The notes under the pieces were generated by a model, which was not told the origin of the DNA, did no database searches, and worked only from the letters and a program-made list of their open reading frames with translations. Below are positions 1 through 9,358 of a stretch of 19,327 nucleotides of DNA, in pieces. A program made the position numbers and the translations under genes. The stretch is from Chlorokybus atmophyticus (Eukaryota > Plantae > Mesostigma and Chlorokybus algae). The stretch covers positions 1 to 19,327 of the forward strand of contig RHPI01003603.1 in NCBI GenBank assembly GCA_009103225.1. The letters are read 5' to 3'. Every line of letters starts with the position of its first letter. The stretch's first letter is position 1.

Positions 1-756
1 ACTGCTCGCAGAACTCGAAGGCAGGTGCCGCTGACGGCACAACTGGCTTGTGCCGAGAACGGATTCTGCTGCAGGCGCCGTGTGACCCACGTGCTTGAAG
101 ACTATAACCAATGCTGCAACCCGAAATATTTGCCACGTTGGCAAAGATAAGTTCCAATTGCCAATGCAGAAGACGCCGAAAACAATTAGTAAGAAATGTG
201 TACCTGCGTGAATTAAGTATTGCTTTGTAGCACAAAAATATATGCATAGAACACAATGCTGCACAGATGCTACTATCCAATCAAGGACGTTCTTTTTATG
301 TTGATTCGCTCACACCGATGGAGTCACCCACTTCAGTGGAGTGACTTTTGTGGTCAAGGCCGACAAAAGTTATCCTGATTACGATCCTGCAGTGCACGGA
401 GGAGTTAAAGCAAGGCGGTGACTCTGCACAAGGGTGCATGTGAACAAAGCGTCAAAACAAAAACGTTTTACATCACTAAAGCGAACTATTAGCGGGCAGA
501 TGTGTCCATAGTCTCAAAAAAGAAGTTTGCAAGAAGATTCATATGCTTCCTGCCACCGCAAGCGCACAAAGCCGCTTGAATCATTGCAGAACTACGGCGT
601 TGAGTTGCTAGCTTTCTTGTGAAGAGAGAACATAGAGGAGCGAACAATCGTTAGCACCTTAAAAAGGTCAACTTGGAAGCGGATTGAGAAATGTTTATTT
701 TTCATCCTCGTGAGATATTATAAAACGAATTTCATTTACTGGGTTCCTATCTTATG

Positions 757-822
757 ATCAAGTTAAGGCATATCCTCTCAAAGCACAATATTGTGCTTTC
801 AGAGGATATGCCTTAGCTTGAT
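757..822. repeat. 66-bp loopless palindrome
   Basis: ATCAAGTTAAGGCATATCCTCTCAAAGCACAAT|ATTGTGCTTTCAGAGGATATGCCTTAGCTTGAT; 31 of 33 pairs. Confidence 0.95.
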
Positions 823-1398
823 GCAATTGTATGTTGACATAAGGTAATGCATCATGCCTTTTGTAGACCATTGCTATTGAAAAGGCCTGCCAACACAATA
901 GCCCGGAAAAAGCTTTCTTGCGGTCATCCCTGTGTGAAGTGTTGAATTGTGTTGAAAAATAATTCAGAATGTTAGGCTAACATAATGCCAATCAGTAGCT
1001 TGTAACAAACAGCTAAAAGTTTTAAGTCGTATTCAGTAATTGCAACCGGGTGTAATTTGATAGTATTTTTAAGAGGTCGATGTAATTAGCTCAAATGTTT
1101 AGTAGATTGATGTGTATCTGACACAATAGCCACCTTCAAATGACCCATCTAGTTTTTGGAAAGCTTTTGCAACATAATCAGACCAGAATGGCTTACCAAC
1201 ATTATCAGGCTAATGTTTTCAAATTTGATACAATTATGTAGTCAACTGACAACGCAGTCTTGTCAGCAAATTGTATCCTCGGAACTTGCAACACTTGTAA
1301 GTAAAAACAGTCGCATAATCACATATAATGCAATGTTACAAGCATCACTCATACAGAACTGTTATAAACATTCTGTTGATTACACGCACGATAGTACT

Positions 1399-1403
<5 letters not shown>

Positions 1404-1442
<39 letters not shown>

Positions 1443-1459
1443 NTCTCTCTCTCTCTCTC
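1404..1459. repeat. (CT)n microsatellite
   Basis: Direct reading; one N at 1443. Confidence 0.97.
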
Positions 1460-1896
1460 CATTCTACAATCTACCATGAGCTATAATAGAGCCATAATAC
1501 AAAACTTGTCGTACGCAACTTATTAAGGTGATGATACCACCAGTGAATTTACTTGTCGGTTGACAGTTTATGTAATACTATCAGGAAGTAGCAGGTGTGA
1601 AAGATGTTAAAGTCAACATTTCCTAGTACAGTCAGATAATGTTGTGTGCACTGTATGTGTATATGTGTGTTTGAGACATCTTGTATATACTTCATGAAAG
1701 GGGGTGAAGGCATAGGGGAGTTTGTACACACACGTAAACAATACTTATGCATACTTCTGCATGCATATTTCTTTTGTAAAATATGTCCACTTTTGACACC
1801 TTCTCAGGTTGAAAACTTAGGAGTATTTTGTGCGAAATTTATACGATTGCAACCATGTGAAATGCTCACAGCATGGCGGAGAGTTGTATATTTTTT

Positions 1897-1904
1897 GGGG
1901 GGGN

Positions 1905-1977
<73 letters not shown>
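1897..1977. repeat. Poly-G tract, ~81 nt
   Basis: Direct reading; preceded by T6; N at 1904. Confidence 0.9.
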
Positions 1978-1980
<3 letters not shown>

Positions 1981-3059
1981 TAGTAAATTATTATATGTAG
2001 CATGCATTCTGCAGAATTTCTCAAAGATAAACGCCAGTTGATGAAGTAGAAAGTGGCCACTACTTAAAGATGCACGGGTTCCATGCTTCATAGCAAAGGC
2101 TTTGCTATGTCACTTTATACGATCGATATATGGAATATCGATTGTATAGATTATGGCCTGCAGTTCGTAGTGTGTTCAACCACAACAAAGACAGATTTCA
2201 TTTTTGTCATGACACTTGAAAGCCAGCATGCTTGATAATGTGCATTCAATGGCTGCCGACAATCATGTTGATAATTTGTACCAAAGTATTATATAATATA
2301 ATACGAAATTCAATCTCTCATGCAAATCTCGCATTTGTGGTATGCGGCCGCTTTCAAAGATCCTTGGACAAACGTGATCTGTACGTGTATATTGTAACCA
2401 CATGTTTATGATGGCGATGACAATTGCAACAAGTTGCAAAATGCACATGCGTACAAAGGGTCGATAGCAATGCTTGCATTGCGTCATCCTCCTCTCTACC
2501 CATGTCACTTGCAACATATCATAAACATCTTATGTGATTGATGGTTGCATATCATGTGATGATGCAAGATGCGTTAAGTGTCTGCTTAGCACACGACATA
2601 AGTGATTCGCGTCCTGTTCAATTGACGTCATCCCAGGAATTGTATTATTTACCACGACATAAAAGGAATTAATTTGGTAAAATTGCGGATTGCGTCATGA
2701 GCAACACATAGAAAGCACTTCAAATTTAATGGTCAATGTGAATTACCACGTGCCACTTTATGGTTGTTATTGCCTGCAGCTCAAATTGATGAATCTTTTG
2801 TGACAACCAGGAACGCTCATTGCGGATAGCAACCATGTAGCGTCATCTGGTGGTTGGCAAGCAAGTTGTGACAAACCTTGCGACTGAGACCAATGATTAG
2901 ACATTAATGACTAACTTGTACACTTAAGACTGCGTATTGTCCAAAATACCCATGCTTTGCAAGTCTTTTATCTAAACCAACCCATATCAAGGAGCAATGT
3001 GGTGGCTCATCAGACTTATAAATAGAAAATACTGCCGGAATTGGTAGACTTAAACCAAT

Positions 3060-3102
3060 GCTTACAGGAGAGACAACATCACGCTTACAGGAGAGACAAC
3101 AT
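3060..3102. repeat. 23-bp-period direct duplication at the gene's stop codon
   Basis: GCTTACAGGAGAGACAACAT at 3060 and 3083. Confidence 0.9.
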
Positions 3103-3795
3103 TAATTGAAGGACAAGTTTGCGAAAGCTGCTTGGGTGATGGTATTTACCTCCCGAGCGGCGACCCTGACCCAGCAACACACGTCCCCATGCCGCAGCCG
3201 AGCGGTACCGGCGTCGGGTCTGCATTGTTGCCCCACTTGATCCATGTCTTCCCTCTATCAACACTATACCTTGCCGCCACGGTCCCCGATGTGTACTTCA
3301 GCCCCACCCATACAGGGAAAGGCACCGTGGTGGGTGTCTCTTTTGCTGTCCCCGCAACAGACTGCCTCACCACAAAACCGAGCTTTTGCGTGCTTGCAAC
3401 ATATACTTGCAACGTATATATAGTGTGGCGCTGATGGCTTGAGGGTTGAGTCCGCCGGCGCGGATGGACACACCAGCCATGGCGCCTATGACATTGCTAA
3501 CCGATGCCAACACGTCCACCACACCGACGTAGGCCATGTTTCTGTGAACGGGTGACCCACTCAGCATGCGAGTGAACCAGCTGATGCACTGTATGGACAT
3601 AACTGATTCTTCATGGCATCGTAAGACCCCAACTTACTTGTATACCAGGTAGAAAGAGCCTGAGTTCCCCGTGTATTTGAACCCCGACCCGTGACGGTGA
3701 GGATACAACTCTCGATGTCCCACCACGCGCTGCCCCAAGTGAGAAACCCTGCAGGGGATGCACCAATGTAGGCGGGGACGAGGCCGATGGGAAGG
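3102..3795 (-). pseudogene. ConA-like beta-sandwich (DUF1349-like carbohydrate-binding-type) domain
   Basis: LPIGLVPAYIG..GSAWWD..LTVTGRGSN..AMAGVSIRAG..LGFVVRQ..PFPVWVGLKYTSGTVAARYSVDRGKTW..TITQAAFANLSFN*. The stop is at 3104-3102. A 17-nt insertion lies at 3393-3422 and a 1-nt shift at ~3153. Confidence 0.7.
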
Positions 3796-3799
3796 GACC

Positions 3800-4663
3800 T
3801 GGTGGCTTTTGGTGGAGGTGTGTTGATGGCGTACATCGCCACGTATGTCATGTACTGCGTGGGCGTCGCCGGCACCACCACGTCATAAGACTGCATCAAG
3901 CCATTGGACCACCCCGCAAACACGTACCGGATGCCCGCGTTGACAGTCTACATCACAACACCGTGTCACACACAACTCCGTTCAGCCCTGAGACACAACA
4001 CAACATGATGTTCTTACAGTTGGGGAAGCGGAGATGTAGCATGCGGAGCCGACCACAGCGGGTCGTGTGAGCGTGCCGCCAGTGGGTGGCGTTCGGAAGA
4101 AGATGTTGGCGACGCCGGCACCGACGGGGCCGAAGGTGGTAAGGTGACAGTGGTGAGGCGAGGCAGCAGCGTGCGCGTCGTGCTCGCGGTGAACCCGGCT
4201 GCTGTGGTCACCGTTAGCTGCACCACCAAAGCAGGGTAGAACTCATGGTCTGGCGTCACCAGAGAGAACAAAGCTGCCCCCTTCTGATCATGGTTATGCA
4301 AGCATTCCACCCATAGTCAGTGACAACCATCACATGCACGCATGCGCACGCACACACTCACTTACTGCACGCAGATGTGCACATGCCACGCACACACACA
4401 ACGGCAGGCTCAGTCACAACTACCCTTTCCTTTGAGCTGCTTTTTCACACTCACACTCATGTATTTCTGGGGTTAGTGCACGCATGCCCTGCCACATAGT
4501 CGTGCGAGTGGCAGATGTCAATTGCGGGGCTGGCGCAGTGTAGTACGGTGATGTTACAGAAGAGAGTGTCCATTTGCGGGTGGGATCCAGTGCCCGCCGT
4601 CAACACCTGCCCCACCGCCCACGTCGTCCCCGCCGCCGGAGAGGTAATCATGAGGGCCGGCAA
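3800..4663 (-). pseudogene. Ig-like linker modules (ITSPAAGTTWAVG..HC..CHSH..PDHEFYP..; YVFAGWSNG)
   Basis: Three exons. From recollection, these motifs follow the PKD domain in bacterial PQQ sugar dehydrogenase/PKD proteins. There is a 1-nt frameshift at ~4141. Confidence 0.65.
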
Positions 4664-4744
4664 CTACGCCGCATTGCCACCTGCACACAGTAAGCAAGTG
4701 AGTAGGTGGGTGACTGACTTTAGTAAAAGACACTGGCTCATCAC

Positions 4745-5010
4745 CTGTATCACTTTAGTGTCCGTGCGTTTGAACCCTCCTGGCCCCATGATTGTGAGCG
4801 TCACGGTGTCTGTCCCCAGCGTGCCGTACATGGCCGAGGCCACGACAGCATTCTGGTTGGGGCTGAAGTTTTTTGTCTTGAAGTCCCATGCGCGCGTAAC
4901 AATGATGCCAGGACTGAGGAACGAGCTCGATGAGTCCAACATTACCGTCAACGGGGCCACACCGAGCACGGCCCCGTCCATGATGATGGCGTTGGGTGAG
5001 TTTGATGTGG
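4745..5010 (-). pseudogene. PKD-like domain
   Basis: PNAII..GVAPLTVMLDSSSS..RAWDF..YGTLGTDTVTLTIMGPGG..TKVIQ matches the PKD pattern (APLTV.FD.S.S, WDF, Y...G.YTV.LTV). Confidence 0.75.
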
Positions 5011-5834
5011 CGACGATCCTCGCGTCAAAGTACTTCTCGCTCGCGTGAAGGAGGCAGTAAATTGCTCCCGGAACAGTGGGGCTGTAGTCGACGGCGTACA
5101 TGCCCACACCGTCGGACTTGATGTCCACCGCGCCGATGTCGTCTACCAAAATGAATGCCTTGGATGGGTTCGGTAGACCCACCGTCAACGGTAATAGCCA
5201 TATGCACCTGATGCTAAAGGCACATAGAGTAGATGTGAGTGGAAAGGTTACAGCAAGCCAGCTTGAAGTTAGAGGTTGAAGCAAAACTGTAGTCTCCCAT
5301 GAGCAGAGCGCCTTGATACTATTTAAACCACATTCACTATCAGAAGCTGACTGGTTTGCTCAAGCAGCCAATGAAGCTTGCTTACTTGGCTTGGCCATGA
5401 GGGGACATTGACAAAGTGCAGAGCGGTGATCAACCCCGAGTTCACAGACTGGCTCGCCTTCGTGCACCCATTCCTGTACACACACGTGCATCAGTGCTCT
5501 ATGCAAAGCCCACAAGATCACAGCTCACGCTCATACTGAAGTTGTCCGGCATGTTGCCGTGCTGGTACTGGAAGAAAGGCCTTGTATGAAAGAGGCGGTT
5601 GCGTCTGGTGGCAATGTCGTTGCAGGGCACTGCGTTGATGGACTGGTAACCCGCGAGTGCAAGCGTACTAGAGATGATTGGGATAACAGCGACACACACA
5701 CCCCAATTGCAACACGACTGTTCCAAAGTTGGTAGGCCCGCCGGTTGCAACTCTGTTTACTGTCGGGTATGTCAACCTGAAGCAGATCAACACAGACATC
5801 ACGCAGTCCCCAGTATTAGCAACAGCATCTTTCA

Positions 5835-5870
5835 CATCATTCACATCATCATCATCATCATCACCATCAC
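5835..5870. repeat. (CAT)n intronic microsatellite
   Basis: Direct reading. Confidence 0.85.
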
Positions 5871-6627
5871 TAGTCATGCCTCACCCATTGAGTTCTTCCC
5901 ATGTGTTATAGCCGATGTCTGCAATCCACACCTCGACGGTGTCGTCGTTGGGGTGTTTGCGCCATGCTGTCGTGAACGGGTTGCGCAGTCCATACGCCAC
6001 CACCGCCTTCTTTGCCTCTGTCCACTGCCCATCCACCAACCCGAGGACGTCCGTGTAGTAAAAGTTACCCGGATGAGGCCTGCACGCACGCATGACAACA
6101 ATCACTCTTGCAGCGTGTGTGCATGTATGTGTTGCAGAGCACGCCATGCACAAACTGGCACACATATTAGCGAGCAGTTACAGTAGACATTGCAAACGCC
6201 ACAGTCAGTGTGTCTCTAACAACACAAGGCTACTTGTCCGTGAGTGGTTGTCGCCAGCGGTAGTTAGCACGCAACCAAGACACCATCATTGCAATATCAA
6301 CAGGCGTACTTTGCGTTAAGATCAAGACGCATGAGCGTGCCACCAAACAGAGGTTTCCAGGGTCCCTGCACGCAGGAAAGGTATCTATATGACATGAGCT
6401 CCTGCACATGCGTGTTCATTCTCCGCGACAACATTAATTGTCACACGTACAGGGTCTCGTGTCATCCAATGGAGTGAGCGGAAGGAGCCGCCCTCTGCCG
6501 TGGGCGGCGTGAGGGCTATGCCCGGCACTCCCGGGTAGTCCCCGCACGCATTGCCTCGCCCGCCATAGTCAACCGTCTCAGGATACGCACCTGAGAAAGC
6601 ATGTGCGTGTGAATGTGGGTGCGCTTG

Positions 6628-6648
6628 ACAACAACAACAACAACAACA
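6628..6648. repeat. (CAA)n intronic microsatellite
   Basis: Direct reading. Confidence 0.85.
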
Positions 6649-7299
6649 TGCAGGTAGTGGTGGCTGGCACCTTCTCCCGCGGCTATGTAGAGGGCTCCTT
6701 CGGTGGTTTCGTAGAAGACGTTGCCGACCTGGTGTGTGGAGGACTCATAGCAGGTGTCAAGGGATAGGACCGTTGTGCGCTCGAGGATTGCTGCGGTTGC
6801 TGCGGTCGATGCGTGCGCGAATCACACGCCGGTTTGCCAGACACCACGTCGACAGGCACGTCGCGTTGGCCACCACGTATGGCGTCGTGTACTGCAGGAA
6901 CATGTACACGTCGGTCTCCGACCCGGGCACAGGCGTCACTGTGCATGACGTGCACGTGTAAGTACCACACGCACACAAACGCACACGCTCGTGAACAAGC
7001 ACTTCCACCCGTGCACGCGAGCGCACCCACACCCACACCCACACATAAACCCACCCACCCGCCCACACACGCACCAGCCATGCCGAGTAGTCCTCGGTCC
7101 TGTCCGCTGCTTATATCCTGAAACACGTCTAGTAGTACCATCTTTTTCTCCGGCGTGTACACGCTGTCGAAGACGACCACGCTGCCGAGCTTCTCCGCCA
7201 CAAACACGCGCGTGTCGGTGGCCGGGTTGGGTGCGAAGGCCACACGTATCGGACGCTGCAGGTCACGCACCATCGGCGCCAACAGGAAAGAAGACGAGG

Positions 7300-7410
7300 A
7301 CGCCGTGGGACCGCCAACGTGAAGGAAGAGGAGAGCAGCGATGTGCATAGGGTGATGAGAGAGATCTGGACCAGGTGAAGCAGAAGGCTGCTTGAGGAAG
7401 AGTGAGCCAT
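7300..7410 (-). other. Predicted signal-peptide segment MAHSSSSSLLLHLVQISLITLCTSLLSSSFTLA-VP
   Basis: ATG at 7410, a hydrophobic core and a TLA|VP cleavage-like site. It joins the dehydrogenase frame only if one C is added to the run at 7307-7309. Confidence 0.55.
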
Positions 7411-7922
7411 TGCCCCAGTGCAGGGGCGATGCTGTTGTTGGTGCACAACTTCTCCCTTCGTCATCAACTCGCCTGCGCTTGGAAGTATCAAGGACGTTGG
7501 CCATCTGTAAGCCTACCCCGCAGCAGATTGCGAGGACTTCCCTCCTTTGACCAAACAAACCGCAGCAGAGCAGAGTGTTGCTCTCCGAGGGCGTGCACAC
7601 CCTTTTCCGTCAAGCCCAAGATACTAACCGGAACCGTTCCCGGTCTCCTGCTGTGGGACGTGACGCATGCTGTCAGACAAGTCGTGTCACACCCAGCCAG
7701 TGCATGTCATGTCTCATGTCAGCAAGGTGCTGGCGTGCAGGCGTCCATCCTAGTGGTGATGGTGCAGACATCCGCTGTGCTGGCATTGGCAGAGAGACGC
7801 ATCCACTTCAACATGAACAAGCAGGTTTCTGCGGCTAGAGGTTAGTAGTCATGCCCTGCTGGCCAGCAGCAATAGGAGGAAGTTTGGTGCAGTGAGACGG
7901 TGATTGGGCGGGCTTTTGCTAC

Positions 7923-8609
7923 CTGGTGACATGTGGGGGGGGATTGGCCTCCAAACATGGGTATGCCCGAGTTGGTTGTAAGGTGAAACGGCCCACCATC
8001 ACCAAACTTTAGTGATGGTGGGTTCAAGCTCTTCACATAGTACTCGAGTACTGTGTGAAACAGTATTCGCGCAGCCTGCACACACCTGCGTACACGCGGG
8101 TGCGCGTGGGTGTCAGTGCATGTGTGTCAACACGTGCAATGGACCAAGGACCTGTCATAATCACGCAATGGCAATGCGATTGCCACAAACAGAGTCTGCC
8201 GTGTGCGATAATTGGAGGGACCCAACTCTGTGACAGTGTCAACAGCCAATGAACAGTCAGATTTCTCTACCAAGCTGCAGTGTGACTGGATATAAGGGAC
8301 TTTGGGAAATGTTGACAGCACCCAAAGACTGATGCAATTAAGTACAATTAGGCCACTGAGTACGTGTGCACATGAACTTCTCTGGGCGCTGTCAGGCTTA
8401 GCGCGCAACTCATCTCATCACTTAGTTCATGTGTGCGAACTCTTACTTTGTTCTCGTCACTCAGATACAGATGTGTCCTGCAGTTGTGCAACCACTCAGC
8501 AGCGTGATGCAGCGCACCAGCATGTTTGTGGAGAGGCCCTGTGACGTGCCTTAGCACTAGCATTAGCAACGACAGCCTGACGACAACCTTCAGTCATTGA
8601 CCCAAAAAT
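7923..8609 (-). pseudogene. Unidentified spliced gene remnant (putative exons 8609-8447, 8285-8152, 8075-7923)
   Basis: CAG acceptors and GT donors (GTAAGA, GTCCTT, GTAGCA), with GT-rich intron-like spacers nearby. Phases are compatible: ..HAAEWLHNCRTHLYLSDENK|SHCSLVEK..LPLRDYD|RLREYCFTQYSSTM*. There is an in-frame stop in the first exon and no recognised family. Confidence 0.35.
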
Positions 8610-9196
8610 CTGTGAACTCATGTGTACAAGACCGCACCAAAACAGGGCACACAAGCACAAGAGCATGCACACAAATGCGCCGACATGCACAGACGGAGAC
8701 ATTGCGCAAGCACTCATCCTCCTCCCCCCCCCCCGCCACATGCGCACACTTCACGCACCTACACAAATCTTGTGCACACAACACCCAACAGAAAATACAA
8801 GCCATCACGCAGCAAAACACAGGCATGCATGCACTCCTGCCTCGTAATGCGCCTAACATTGGCGATCCTGCCCATGTGAGTTGCCTAGATCTAAGCACGC
8901 ACATGATACTTTCTTGAGCTGCTGCATCTGTTGAGGGCGGGCGTCCCACCACACCAGGCTCTGGTCACCCTCCACCTGCCTCCACCTCCGCCTACGCCTC
9001 AAGGGTTTGGGCTGGCGGGGCTCTGTCTTCCCGTTTGTAAGCTTGACATTCACCTCGAAGGCTCCGCCTCCACTGGAATGACTTCCTTGGGGGTGACGGC
9101 GGGGGAGTGGGCGTGAGGGTGGGGCGCTGTGTGGTAATCCACTGGGCTGGGGCGATGGTGGTGGTGGGCATGGCGTGGAGAGCTTGCAGCGGTTAA

Positions 9197-9250
9197 GCGG
9201 AGGAGCAGCTGCCCAGCACCAGGCCTGGTGCTGGGCAGCTCCTCCTCCGC
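9197..9250. repeat. 54-bp GC-rich loopless palindrome
   Basis: GCGGAGGAGCAGCTGCCCAGCACCAGG|CCTGGTGCTGGGCAGCTCCTCCTCCGC; 26 of 27 pairs. Confidence 0.95.
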
Positions 9251-9358
9251 AGGCTGGCCTATGCATGCAGTCGGACAACGCAAGCGACGTGCAAGGCAAG
9301 TGTCGCTGCATGCTCCTTGCCATGGCATGTTGTCGACTTGTTGCCGTTGCCTTGCGTC

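Larger units (their letters stand above)
5040..7290 (-). pseudogene. Glucose/sorbosone dehydrogenase (GSDH, PF07995-type) six-bladed beta-propeller region
   Basis: Family motifs in the expected order across 10 exons: LQRPIRVAFAP..RVFVAEKLG, DRGLLGMAV, THQVGNV..GALYIAAGEG, GGTLMRLD, AYGLRNPF, WIADIGYNTWEELN, NFG, ITALHF, GALLMGDY, VDI..DG.MYAVDY. Confidence 0.85.
3102..7410 (-). pseudogene. Multi-exon gene, apparently disrupted, for a secreted PQQ-dependent sugar (glucose/sorbosone) dehydrogenase-like protein with PKD, Ig-like and ConA-like C-terminal domains
   Basis: Manually spliced exons, minus strand, 5' to 3': 7410-7075, 6938-6671, 6590-6451, 6365-6310, 6079-5885, 5776-~5722, 5667-~5536, 5473-5386, 5318-5287, 5213-4745, 4663-~4496, 4283-4018, 3947-3646, 3580-3102. 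Most junctions are GT-AG with matching phase, e.g. GMA|V, GE|GAYP, RDP|GPW, NA|KPHP, PSQ|YQG, SPT|TVN. Motifs read: RVFVAEKLG, QDRGLLGMAV, GALYIAAGEGA, PPTAEGGSFRS, AYGLRNPF, VWIADIGYNTWEELN, NFG, YQGALLMGDYS, CIW, APLTVMLDSS, ITSPAAGTTWAVG, PDHEFYP, FAGWSNG, AGVSIR, PVWVGLK, YSVDRGKTW, AAFANLSFN*. At least 5 frameshifts and several defective splice junctions. Confidence 0.85.

Noticed and set aside
1156-1479. 107-aa ORF
   Set aside because: TTG start, AT-rich, ends in a (CT)n-derived SL repeat, and has no recognisable motif.
1646-2060. Poly-Gly/poly-Pro ORFs
   Set aside because: Translation of the poly-G tract in AT-rich DNA with no other coding signal.
3638-3646. A fourth G-short splice junction at ACAA|GTAAGT
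   Set aside because: An alternative canonical donor TG|GTATAC at 3646/3645 gives the right phase for the 3580 acceptor.
3102-7410. Bacterial contamination as the source of the dehydrogenase gene
   Set aside because: The coding sequence is split by many phase-consistent GT-AG introns and is contiguous with eukaryotic TEs.
6683-7600. 305-aa ORF as a complete gene
   Set aside because: It reads through an intron (ACVGGWVGLCVGVG..) and into a shifted frame; only about 7290-7075 is clearly true coding sequence.
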